Below are positions 16,314 to 24,000 of a stretch of 24,000 nucleotides of DNA, piece by piece; within the stretch, counting starts at the first letter, position 1; each line of letters starts with the position of its first letter. The stretch spans positions 33,353 to 57,352 of the forward strand of contig CASFVT010000023.1 of assembly GCA_949298195.1 (NCBI GenBank), read 5' to 3'. Made by a program: the position numbers and the translations under genes. The notes under the pieces are model-generated. The model searched no databases. It was not told where the DNA came from and saw only the letters and a list, made by a program, of their open reading frames with translations. This stretch comes from an uncultured Bacillota bacterium. Lineage in GTDB: Bacteria; Bacillota_I; Bacilli_A; RFN20; CAG-826.

Positions 16314-17818
16314 TGCTTCTCCCTTTCAAGGAAATAGCTGGTTTTTGCGGCAATTTTCTCTCTCAAATCGTCGTCCAGCCGCTTTTTGGCGGAGAGTTCG
16401 TCGAGGATGTCGCTTGCCTCGTCGAGATAGCACTCCCGGAGGCGGGCAAGGAGGGCGACGACCGCCTCGACGTCGAGCCCGTCCAGGGCCCCGCTTTTGA
16501 GGGCAAGGAGGGTGATGACCTGGAGGGGCATTGGGAGGGGCGAGTAGTTTTTCTGGCGGAGCCCGGCTTCTAGGGTCGATCCATGGGCGAGGATTTTCCT
16601 CGTGTCGGCATCGAGGTCGCTCCCGAACTGGGCGAAGGAGAGGTTCTCACGGTAGGCTGCCAGTTCGATCTTGAGGGAAGAGGAGGCCTCTTTCATGGCC
16701 TTGGTCTGGGCATTCGAGCCGACCCGGGAGACCGAGAGGCCGCTATCGAGGGCCGGACGCTGCCCGGCTTGGAAACGGTCGCTGGTGAGGAAGATCTGCC
16801 CGTCGGTGATGGAGATGACGTTGGTGGGGATGTAACTCGAGATGTCCCCGGCTTGGGTCTCGACGATCGGGAGGGCGGTAATCGAACCGCCACCCCGCTC
16901 CTCACTCAATTTGCAAGCCCGCTCGAGGAGGCGGCTATGGAGGTAGAAGATGTCGCCGGGGTAGGCTTCCCGGCCTGGCGAGCGCCTGAGGAGGAGGGAG
17001 AGGGCACGGTAGGCAACCGCATGCTTGGAGAGGTCGTCAAAGACGATGAGGACGTCTTCCCCCTTCTCCATCCATTCCTCGGCCATCGCCATCCCGGCGA
17101 AGGGGGCGATGTAGAGTTCCGGGGCCGGGTCGGAGGCCGAGGCACTGACGATGCAGGTATACTCCATCGAGCCGAGGGCCCGGAGCCGCGCGGCGATTTG
17201 GGCTACCGAGGAATTCTTCTGGCCGATGGCCACGTAGACGCATTTGACCCCCTTGCCCTTCTGATTGACGATGGCATCGATGGCGATCGAGGTCTTGCCG
17301 GTTTGGCGGTCACCGATGATGAGTTCCCGCTGACCTCGGCCGATGGGGATCATCGAGTCGATGGCGAGTAGGCCCGTCTCAAGGGGCGTGTTGACGCTTT
17401 CCCGTTCCATGACCCCAGGGGCGATCCGCTCGATGGGGCGATAGGAAGGGGTTTCGATCGGCCCATCATCGTCCAGAGGCTCACCGAGGGCGGAAACGAC
17501 CCGCCCTAAGAGGGCATCGCCGACCTTGGTCTCGAGGACGCGGCCGGTCGCGTAAACCGGGTCGCCCTCGCTCACCGAGTTCGTCTTCGATAGGAGGACC
17601 GCCCCGATGGTCTCGCGGTTGAGGTTCATGACGAGGCCCTTCACGCCGTTGGGAAAAGACAGAAGTTCGCCTAGCATCGCGCCAGGAAGGCCGTAGACGG
17701 TCGCGATGCCGTCCCCGACGGCGATGACGCGGCCGACCGCCCGGTCCTCTTCCTTGGAGGTGGCCTTCTTGATTTCCTCGACGAGGAGGGAAGCGAGTTC
17801 ACTGGGACTTAGGGACAT
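16310..17818 (-). CDS. atpA: F1 ATP synthase alpha subunit
   Basis: Walker A GDRQTGKT, plus the YVAIGQK, DDLSKHAVAYR, PGREAYPGD.FYLHSRLLER and ITDGQIFL motifs. Confidence 0.97.
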
Positions 17819-18352
17819 TCAGATACCTTCCTTTCCGCGGAGGGAGGAGGCAATGGCTTCCACCCTCCCCTTGAGCGAACGATCGATGAGACGCCCATCG
17901 ACATAGAGGCGGTAACCGCCGATGAGGCTGGGATCGACTTTGCAATGGAGACGGAAACGCGACTTCCCCCCGAGGGCGGTGAGGAGGCTTTCCTTCTCCT
18001 CCTCCTTCAAAGGGGAGGCGCTATAGACGGTGACCCGCTCGACACCCCTCTCCCCGTCGAGGAGTTCCCCGAAGCGTTCGTCGATGGCCCGGAGGGAGCC
18101 AAGAGCCCCATAATAGGCGGTCGCTTCCGCCCAGGCCGCGAAGAAATCCGGGCTGAGCAGAAGGGAGGCGACGACGCGTTTCTTGTCGCTCCCGGAGACG
18201 GTGGGGTTGGAGAAATAGGGGACGAATGATGGCGTTTTGTCGGCGATTTCCACAAGAACAGCCATCGATTTGGCTGCCTCGTCGAGCTTGCCCGCTTTCT
18301 TCGCGTAGTCGAAGAGGGCTTCCGCGTATACCCTGGCCTCACCTACTTGCAT
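17819..18352 (-). CDS. atpH: F1 ATP synthase delta (OSCP) subunit
   Basis: It lies between atpF and atpA. The start MQVGEARVYAEALFDYA is typical of delta. Its stop TGA abuts the atpA ATG (TGAATG). The track ORF start at 18502 is an Arg-rich upstream extension inside atpF. Confidence 0.88.
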   Translation of the reverse strand: MQVGEARVYAEALFDYAKKAGKLDEAAKSMAVLVEIADKTPSFVPYFSNPTVSGSDKKRVVASLLLSPDFFAAWAEATAYYGALGSLRAIDERFGELLDGERGVERVTVYSASPLKEEEKESLLTALGGKSRFRLHCKVDPSLIGGYRLYVDGRLIDRSLKGRVEAIASSLRGKEGI

Positions 18353-18887
18353 GCTTCTCGAGTTCCTTCTCGACTTCCTTCCGGAGCCGGCGGTCCTCTT
18401 CCTCGTTGACGTGCCGTTCGAGGGCCTTCTCCGCCGTGGCCACCGAGACGGAAAGAATTGCCTCCCGCATCTCGCCCTCGGCCTTCTTTTTCGCCTTGGC
18501 AATGTCCAGATCGGCTTCGTCTTTCTTTCGCTTCGCCTCTTCCTCAGCGGTTTCGAGTATCGTCTTCGCCCGCTTCAGGGCCGCTTCCTTGCTCGAGGCA
18601 ACAATCTCGGCCCCTTCCTTCTTGGCCTCCTCGAGGATGGAGTCCTTCTTCCTAAGGGCTTTGTCCATCTCCTCCTTCCCCTTCTCGGCGTCCCTGATGT
18701 TCCCTTCGATATAGTCCTTCCTGGCCTTGACGAAGCGTTTCACCGGCTTGTAGGCGATGAAATAGAGGGCAACGAAAAGGACGATCAGGGCGAGTAGGTT
18801 GATGAGGAAGCTCCAGAGATTGGGAACCAGCTTGTCAATGAAGTCGCCCGAGGAGAAGGGGGTGTCGTCGAGGACGGGGATGAACAT
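18339..18887 (-). CDS. atpF: Fo ATP synthase b subunit
   Basis: A single N-terminal TM (LWSFLINLLALIVLFVALYFIAYKPV) followed by a long charged helical region, in the operon position expected for b. Confidence 0.88.
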   Translation of the reverse strand: MFIPVLDDTPFSSGDFIDKLVPNLWSFLINLLALIVLFVALYFIAYKPVKRFVKARKDYIEGNIRDAEKGKEEMDKALRKKDSILEEAKKEGAEIVASSKEAALKRAKTILETAEEEAKRKKDEADLDIAKAKKKAEGEMREAILSVSVATAEKALERHVNEEEDRRLRKEVEKELEKHASR

Positions 18888-18893
18888 GTTGAC

Positions 18894-19133
18894 TTAAGCC
18901 CGGCCGCCGAGGACGAAGATGATGAGAATGGCGATGACGAGGCAATAGATGGCCGTCGATTCATCGAGGGCGACGGCGAGGACCATCGTCGACTGGAGCT
19001 TCTTCTGCATCTCCGGCTGGCGCGACATCGCCTTGATGGCGCTCGAGCAAATCCACCCCTCGCCGATGGCGGAGAGGCAACCGAAGGCCACCGCGATGGC
19101 CGCCGCGATGGCGATGAGACCCAAATCTGTCAT
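18894..19133 (-). CDS. atpE: Fo ATP synthase c subunit with a Na+-type ion-binding signature
   Basis: A two-TM hairpin with an RQPE loop and the ion-binding Glu in ALDESTAIYCLV. ATG 19133 is preceded by AGGAGG at a 7-nt spacing. The track start TTG 19139 is 2 codons upstream. Confidence 0.92.
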   Translation of the reverse strand: MTDLGLIAIAAAIAVAFGCLSAIGEGWICSSAIKAMSRQPEMQKKLQSTMVLAVALDESTAIYCLVIAILIIFVLGGRA

Positions 19134-19163
19134 AAGCAAACCTCCTGTTTGGGCTACTTTCCC

Positions 19164-20030
19164 CTATCCCTGGCCAAGCGCCGGCATCCTTTCCCGGTCG
19201 AGGAGGGCCGGGGAGGCTTCTTCCTCCACCGGTCGTTCGGCCGCGAACCAGACGGCGTTGAGGGAGCAGAAGACGAGCGTCTGCACCCCGCCCGAGAAAA
19301 GGGAAAAGTAGAGATTGAGGATCCCCATCGGGATCGGGGCCAGGAAGATCTGGGTCCAGACCGTGGATTGGTCGCTGTCCCAGATCGGGATGTAATTGGC
19401 CTGAGCCATGCTCGTGAGGGAGCCAAAGAGGGCCCCCGAGGCATTGGAGAGGGCCCACTGGATCAGCCCGACGATGATGGTCCCGCTCAGGGCGTTCCCG
19501 AACATCCTCATCGTGGTCGAGAGAATGGGGCTCCACATAGTGATTAGATTAACCGGGAGGAAGATGAAAACCGGTTCCACGTAACGGTGGAAATAGCTGA
19601 GCTTGTTCCACTTGAGCCCTTGGTACTGGATGATGATGAACATGATGATCGAGAGTGAGAGGGGGCCGGCCAGCCAGTCGATGACCCCCGGTAGACCGAA
19701 GAGGGAGATGTTGAAGGCGACGAATAGATAGGCGAAGAGGGTGAAGAAATAACCACCCCAAAGCTCGAAAACGTCGCTCCCCATCGTGTTGACGGCAAAA
19801 CGATCGACGAAATTCACGTATTCCTCGGCGAAATAAAGGAGGCCCTTGGGCCGCTTCTTGTAGTCGCCGCGCTTGTAGGCGAGATGGGCATTCAAGCCGA
19901 TGACGGCCCCGACGAGCAAGAGGACGGTCATCACGATTAGTGAGGAAAGAAGGGGGCCTTCCAGCTCGAAATCGAGCATGTGGGCGACTTTCTCGTCGAC
20001 GGTATCGTAAAAAAGAGGGATGGCGTTCAT
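19164..20030 (-). CDS. atpB: Fo ATP synthase a subunit
   Basis: A polytopic membrane protein with the conserved stator Arg motif MRMFGNALSG. An ATGA overlap links it to the upstream atpI-like stop. Confidence 0.92.
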   Translation of the reverse strand: MNAIPLFYDTVDEKVAHMLDFELEGPLLSSLIVMTVLLLVGAVIGLNAHLAYKRGDYKKRPKGLLYFAEEYVNFVDRFAVNTMGSDVFELWGGYFFTLFAYLFVAFNISLFGLPGVIDWLAGPLSLSIIMFIIIQYQGLKWNKLSYFHRYVEPVFIFLPVNLITMWSPILSTTMRMFGNALSGTIIVGLIQWALSNASGALFGSLTSMAQANYIPIWDSDQSTVWTQIFLAPIPMGILNLYFSLFSGGVQTLVFCSLNAVWFAAERPVEEEASPALLDRERMPALGQG

Positions 20031-20539
20031 TCCCCCGCCCCTTCCCCGCTCCCGGGTTCGGGTTCGATCACTTCATCCGGTTTCTCTTTCTTGACGGCCT
20101 TCACCTCGACGAAATGGACGAAGATGGAGACGACGCTCATCGGGAGAAGCCCCCCGAAGGCCGTCCAGAAGTTGAAGGCATTGAAACCGCCGAACCACTC
20201 GCTTTTGAAGGTGCAGATGGCCGCGATGACGAGAACGATCGCATAGACGAGGAGGCGGGCGAAGGTAAGTAGGAGGGTCAAGCCGAGGCTACCGCCCTTC
20301 TCGTCCTTGCCGCCCAATAGATAACGGGAAGCGTAGACGATGCTCGCGTAGGCGAATAGCCCTGCCCCGCTACCGAGGAGCCATCCGAGGGGATAGGCCC
20401 CGAGGGGGTAACCGCCGGCATCGTGGAAGAAGAAAAGCGGCAAGAGGCCAAGGAAAGGAACGACCGTCAAAAAAAGGAGAATCGCAATGGCCTTCCCCTC
20501 ACTCGAGAGGCTTCTGAAACGCACTAGGAACTTCGACAT
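20027..20539 (-). CDS. atpI: AtpI-like small membrane protein (first gene of the atp operon)
   Basis: About four predicted TM helices, positioned immediately upstream of and overlapping atpB. At 170 aa it is longer than typical AtpI and has an acidic tail. The assignment rests on position and topology only. Confidence 0.55.
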   Translation of the reverse strand: MSKFLVRFRSLSSEGKAIAILLFLTVVPFLGLLPLFFFHDAGGYPLGAYPLGWLLGSGAGLFAYASIVYASRYLLGGKDEKGGSLGLTLLLTFARLLVYAIVLVIAAICTFKSEWFGGFNAFNFWTAFGGLLPMSVVSIFVHFVEVKAVKKEKPDEVIEPEPGSGEGAGE

Positions 20540-20673
20540 ATCCTATGTCGATAATCGTAGGGAAAAGACCGGGAAAGGGCAAGAGGCAAGGGCGTCCATC
20601 GAAATGGATTGAGGTTGATGGTACTGATGCAATTGTCTGGGCCCCTCTCGAGAACCGGCCTCGATGAAAGCGC

Positions 20674-20703
20674 TTGCAAGAAGCCCCTTCCCGCCCCTAG
20701 AAT
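20674..20703 (+). promoter_or_regulatory. Sigma-70-type promoter TTGCAA-18 nt-TAGAAT for the uridine-kinase-like gene
   Basis: TTGCAA at 20674-20679 and TAGAAT at 20698-20703. A GAGAGG SD lies 7 nt before the ATG at 20735. Confidence 0.5.
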
Positions 20704-20734
20704 GAGCGGCTAAAGAAATTTGAGAGGTACGCAC

Positions 20735-22387
20735 ATGCCATTCACCGTCACCGTCGGAAACGCCAAGAAAGCCTACGAAGCCAACCGCTCCCTCCTCGAC
20801 ATCGAGAAGGACTTCGGACTCCATGACCATGGCCACATCGCCGCCAAGGTCAACAACCGGGTGCGCGACCTCAACTACGAGGTCTATTACGATGCCGAGG
20901 TCGAGTTCCTCACCGTGAGCGACCACGAGGCGATGAAGATATACGAAGCGACCCTCCGTTACATCGTGGCCATGGCCTTCCATAACCTCTACCCCGACCT
21001 CAAGATCCGCTTTGCCTACAATGTCAGCCGCTGCATCAGCATCCACCTCCTCGATGCCAACACGGTGGCCAACACGGCGATGCTCATCCGCCTCAACCAC
21101 GAAGTCGAACGGATAATCAAGGCCGACCTGCCAATCAAACGAACGGTCGTCCCAAACGAAAAAGCGGCCGAAATCTACCGTGAAAAGGGCTTCGATGACA
21201 AGATCTCCCTTCTCAAGTACCGTCCCGAGAAGACCGTCCACCTCAACGAGTGCGACGGCTATCTCGACTACATGTACTCCCACCTCGCCCCTTCGACCGG
21301 CTACATCGTCGATTACAAGATCCGCCTCTATGCCCCGGGTTTCCTCGTCCAGTATCCCCGTTCGGAATGCGGGGGCAAGATCCCCGAGTTCGAAGACGCC
21401 CCGACCTTCGGCAGGACCCTCAAGGAAAGCCATGACTGGGCCAAGATCGCCGGGATCGACACGGTGGCCAAGATCAACAACGAATTGGAACACAACGGGG
21501 CGGTCGAGTTCATCAACATCTGCGAGGCCCGCCACAACCGGATGCTCGCCGAACTCGGGCAGCTGATCGAGGATGACATCGACGACATCCGCCTCGTCTG
21601 CGTGGCCGGCCCCTCGAGCTCGGGCAAGACGACCTTCGCCAACCGCCTCCGGATCGAACTCCTCTCCCGGGGCATCCGGCCGATCCGAATCTCCATCGAC
21701 GACTACTACAAGCGCCGCGACGAAGCTCCCCTCGACGAAAACGGGGAACCCGACCTCGAGTCGATCGAGGCCCTCGACACCGACCTCTTCAACCAAAATA
21801 TGGTTGACCTCATCAACGGAGAGGAAGTCCAGCTCCCGAAATTCGATTTCAAACTCGGCCGCCGGGTGCCGGGCCGGACTTTGCGCGTCCACCGCGACGA
21901 GCCGATCATCATCGAGGGAATCCACGCCCTGAACGACCACCTGACCCCCTCGATCAGCAAGGCCAACAAATTCAAGGTCTTCATCTCTCCCCAAGCCCAG
22001 ATCAACCTCGACGACCACAATCCCCTCTCCCTGACCGACCTCCGCCTCATCCGCCGGCTCGTCCGCGACTACAAGTTCCGGGCCGCCCCGCCGGAGGAGA
22101 CCTTCGCCATGTGGCCGAAGGTCCGGGCCGGGGAATTCAAGTGGATCTACTCAACCCAGGAAGGAAGCGACTACGTCTTCAATTCCTTCCTCCCATACGA
22201 GTTGGCCGTCATGCGGAAATACGCCCTCCCCCTCTTGAACAAAATCGACAAGGAGAGCCCCTACTTCCCCTTGGCCGAACGCCTGATGCGGATGCTTAAG
22301 TTCTTCCTCGATATGAAAGACGAATGGGTCCCGAGCAATTCCCTCATGCGGGAATTCATCGGGGGCAGCTGCTACGCGGACGTTTGA
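20735..22387 (+). CDS. Uridine/nucleoside-kinase-like protein with an N-terminal TGS/ThrRS-N-like region
   Basis: P-loop VCVAGPSSSGKTTFANRL followed by PRK/uridine-kinase-type motifs (ISIDDYY, IIEGIHALN). About 280 aa lie upstream of the kinase domain, as in the ~550-aa Bacillota nucleoside-kinase family. ATG 20735 is preferred over the track start at 20720. Confidence 0.85.
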   Translation: MPFTVTVGNAKKAYEANRSLLDIEKDFGLHDHGHIAAKVNNRVRDLNYEVYYDAEVEFLTVSDHEAMKIYEATLRYIVAMAFHNLYPDLKIRFAYNVSRCISIHLLDANTVANTAMLIRLNHEVERIIKADLPIKRTVVPNEKAAEIYREKGFDDKISLLKYRPEKTVHLNECDGYLDYMYSHLAPSTGYIVDYKIRLYAPGFLVQYPRSECGGKIPEFEDAPTFGRTLKESHDWAKIAGIDTVAKINNELEHNGAVEFINICEARHNRMLAELGQLIEDDIDDIRLVCVAGPSSSGKTTFANRLRIELLSRGIRPIRISIDDYYKRRDEAPLDENGEPDLESIEALDTDLFNQNMVDLINGEEVQLPKFDFKLGRRVPGRTLRVHRDEPIIIEGIHALNDHLTPSISKANKFKVFISPQAQINLDDHNPLSLTDLRLIRRLVRDYKFRAAPPEETFAMWPKVRAGEFKWIYSTQEGSDYVFNSFLPYELAVMRKYALPLLNKIDKESPYFPLAERLMRMLKFFLDMKDEWVPSNSLMREFIGGSCYADV

Positions 22388-22402
22388 ACCCCTTCTCTTA
22401 GC

Positions 22403-22425
22403 AAGGCCCTCGAGGGCCTTTTTTC
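22403..22425 (+). terminator. Rho-independent terminator downstream of the kinase-like gene
   Basis: AAGGCCC-TCGA-GGGCCTT hairpin followed by a T-run (AAGGCCCTCGAGGGCCTTTTTT), starting 16 nt after the stop codon. It is the only clear intrinsic terminator I can see in the window. Confidence 0.8.
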
Positions 22426-22449
22426 CTAGACGGGCGAAAGCCCTTGGCC

Positions 22450-22455
22450 GATAAT
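22450..22455 (+). promoter_or_regulatory. -10-like box GATAAT located 8 nt upstream of the Pr6Pr-like ATG; possible -35 TAGACG at 17-nt spacing
   Basis: The plus strand reads CCTAGACGGGCGAAAGCCCTTGGCCGATAATGCAGCCATATGGAA. There is no SD between the box and the ATG at 22464. Confidence 0.4.
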
Positions 22456-22463
22456 GCAGCCAT

Positions 22464-23168
22464 ATGGAAACGCACTCCCCGAACCGTCCCCTCCTCTACG
22501 TGGGGCTCCTCAATAAGGCCGCGATTCTTCTCATCGGGATCATCGGCATCTTCCTCAATTACCAAAACGCCGGGTTCATGGGCGGGCAATACCTGTTCCT
22601 CTACTTCACGATGATCTCGAACATCATCATGATGCTTTCCTCCCTCGTCTTCCTCTTCGTCGACATCGTCTCGATCGTGACCGGGGAAGAGGCCTCCCTC
22701 CGCTTGCTCCGCCTCCTCCGATTCGCCTCTTCGATCGGAGTGGCCCTCACGATGGGGGTCTTCTTCGCCCTCCTGGTACCGACGGCCGGTCCCGGCTACG
22801 TCGAAAGCGCGGCCAACCTCACCGTCCATCTCATCGTCCCCGTCCTCGGGATCCTCGACGTCCTCGTTTTCGAGAGGCGGATCCCCTTCAAGAAAGCCGA
22901 CCCCCTCATCGGGGCCCTCTTCCCCCTCCTTTACATGCTCTTCGTCTATGCGATTTGCTATCCCCTGAACATCCATTTCGCCGGGAACGACCAGCGCTTC
23001 CCGTATTTCTTCATGGACTTCGAGACCCTCGGCTGGTTCTCGGTTACCGCTGACGGGATCGGGACCGGTTATTACATCGTCATCCTCTTGGCCATCGTGA
23101 TCGCCGCTTCCTATCTCCTTGCCTTCCTCCACAATCTCCTCCTCCCGAAAAAGAAAAAGGGGAGTTGA
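22464..23168 (+). CDS. Pr6Pr / FAR-17a-AIG1-like integral membrane protein
   Basis: About six TM helices. The YFTMISN motif sits in TM2 and HLIVPVLGILD in a later TM, matching the family pattern FT..SN ... H..vP. The protein is 234 aa. Confidence 0.7.
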   Translation: METHSPNRPLLYVGLLNKAAILLIGIIGIFLNYQNAGFMGGQYLFLYFTMISNIIMMLSSLVFLFVDIVSIVTGEEASLRLLRLLRFASSIGVALTMGVFFALLVPTAGPGYVESAANLTVHLIVPVLGILDVLVFERRIPFKKADPLIGALFPLLYMLFVYAICYPLNIHFAGNDQRFPYFFMDFETLGWFSVTADGIGTGYYIVILLAIVIAASYLLAFLHNLLLPKKKKGS

Positions 23169-23196
23169 GCCCCTTTCCGAAACAAGCGGCGGTTTC

Positions 23197-24000
23197 TCAC
23201 TTCTCCTTCGAGGAGAGGCGGCTGAACCGCTTTTTGCTTTTCTCATAAGCGGCCATGAGTTCCCCGTAATAGGCCTCCCGGAGGGCACCGTAGCGCTTTT
23301 TCTCGCTTTCGGAGGCCGAGCCGAGGTAGATGCTGGAGAAAACCTTCTCGAGACGGAAGAACGATTCGTAGAGATTGATGAGGGTGATGAGGAGGAAATA
23401 GGACCTCCGGGAGTAGATGAGGAGGGGGGAGCTATGGGCGATTTCGCTGCTCATCTCATAGACCTTGCTATAGGAATGGAGGCCGGCTGAGCGTTCGACC
23501 CCGTCCCGGAAGTTGAGCTTGTAGCCGCTTTCCTCGTCGAAGCCCTCGACCTCATAGAGCCAACCGTATTCGATGAAGCGCTTCATGTCCTTGCTCTTGA
23601 GGGCATGCAAACGCATCTCCTCCTTGATTTGGAGGAAGGTCTCGTCGGTCTCTTCCTTGCTTTTGAGGGCCCCGCGGAAGGCGAGGGCGTAATGGAGGTG
23701 CTCGAGGTAGCTCTTCACTGCCTTCTCGCCGGCCCGGACGAGGGTGAGGAGGATGCACTCGTTCTCGTGGAGGGTCCGCCAGGTGGAGAAGGCCTCGGTC
23801 TCGTAGCCCCCGACGAGGAGGTCGAGGATGCAATGGGCCATCGATAGGCCCTTCCCGAGGATGTCGACATAGAGGGTCGAGGTCGGGTCCCCCTTCCGCT
23901 TCGGGCGGAGGGTACGGAGGATGTAGTTGAGGTAGAGCTCGAGGGTCGAGACCTCCGGCTGGTAAGAAGAAAGGAAGGAGCCCTCATTGTAGGAGAGATG
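23197..24000 (-). CDS. Hypothetical helical protein, 5'-truncated by the window edge; possibly DUF5677/AbiV-like
   Basis: My translation shows the frame of track ORF 23197..23841 stays open up to position 24000 (HLSYNEGSFLSSYQPEVSTLELYLNYILRTLRPKRKGDPTSTLYVDILGKGLSMAHCILD...). The segment AHCILDLLVGGYETEAFSTWRTLHENECILLTLV and the later SSEIAHSSP resemble the DUF5677 pattern from memory. The family call is tentative. Confidence 0.6.
   Translation of the reverse strand, partial: HLSYNEGSFLSSYQPEVSTLELYLNYILRTLRPKRKGDPTSTLYVDILGKGLSMAHCILDLLVGGYETEAFSTWRTLHENECILLTLVRAGEKAVKSYLEHLHYALAFRGALKSKEETDETFLQIKEEMRLHALKSKDMKRFIEYGWLYEVEGFDEESGYKLNFRDGVERSAGLHSYSKVYEMSSEIAHSSPLLIYSRRSYFLLITLINLYESFFRLEKVFSSIYLGSASESEKKRYGALREAYYGELMAAYEKSKKRFSRLSSKEK

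Noticed and set aside
20561-20600. Purine-rich run GGGAAAAGACCGGGAAAGGGCAAGAGGCAAGGGC, with repeated CTTGCC on the minus strand and the small hairpin TCCAT-cgaa-ATGGA, in the 195-nt atpI/kinase intergenic region. It could be an ncRNA or operator array.
   Set aside because: The repeated TTGCC motifs are best read as alternative -35-like elements for the atp promoter (TTGCCC-17 nt-TACGAT). There is no extended secondary structure or known RNA motif. The CTTGCAAG palindrome over the kinase-gene -35 is only 8 nt.
20543-22018. 491-aa ORF on the minus strand opposite the uridine-kinase-like gene. Similar long antisense ORFs occur at 62..706(+), 5629..6555(+), 7248..8531(-), 8261..9085(-), 10309..11193(+), 12705..14108(+), 16583..17371(+) and 22398..23288(-).
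   Set aside because: All are D/E/G/V/R-rich low-complexity translations with no recognisable motifs. Each lies codon-aligned opposite a gene with clear family motifs (P-loops, NFACT, ATP-grasp, F1 alpha, VanZ, PriA, PrkC). Sense codons here almost never are TTA/CTA/TCA, so the mirror frame rarely contains stops. The acidic 22398..23288 ORF is simply the complement of NTN-rich membrane-protein codons.
23179-23196. Possible bidirectional terminator GAAAC-aagcggcg-GTTTC between the convergent Pr6Pr-like and DUF5677-like genes.
   Set aside because: The stem is 5 bp with an 8-nt loop and has no flanking T/A runs, so it is not convincing as an intrinsic terminator.

Overview
GC-rich, tightly packed bacterial chromosome with Bacillota-type core synteny and standard genetic code: TGA is used as a stop (for example rqcH and atpA), so this is not code 4. 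Nearly everything is housekeeping. Going leftward on the minus strand there is one long cluster, gmk-priA-(DUF1904-like)-(rsmB-like)-rlmN-prpC-prkC. This is the Bacillus priA...rsmB-rlmN-prpC-prkC neighbourhood, but without def/fmt. A complete F1Fo operon atpI-B-E-F-H-A-G-D-C is also on the minus strand, and an ATP-grasp gene follows atpC by only 12 nt. Between and around these lie rqcH coupled to a choline/ethanolamine-kinase-like gene, a large VanZ-like membrane protein with an extracytoplasmic Ig-like insert, a family I pyrophosphatase and a thioredoxin-like lipoprotein. A TGS-uridine-kinase-like gene, a Pr6Pr/AIG1-like membrane protein and a 5'-truncated helical protein of unknown function (possibly DUF5677/AbiV-like) complete the set. 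I found no rRNA, tRNA, CRISPR array, transposase or obvious mobile element, and no convincing new multi-gene system. The points worth a second look are at the level of single genes. The ATP synthase c subunit carries a two-carboxylate Na+-binding signature, and the epsilon subunit lacks its C-terminal helical domain. An ATP-grasp enzyme is appended to the atp operon. The RsmB homologue has lost its SAM-binding and catalytic-Cys motifs. RqcH is unusually short. The VanZ domain is split by a large insert. First genes of transcription units repeatedly have -10-like boxes only 5-16 nt from the start codon (leaderless or very short leaders), whereas internal genes have GGAGG-type SD sites or overlapping stop/start codons. 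Many long ORFs in the six-frame track are antisense or alternate-frame artefacts of the strong G/C preference at third codon positions.
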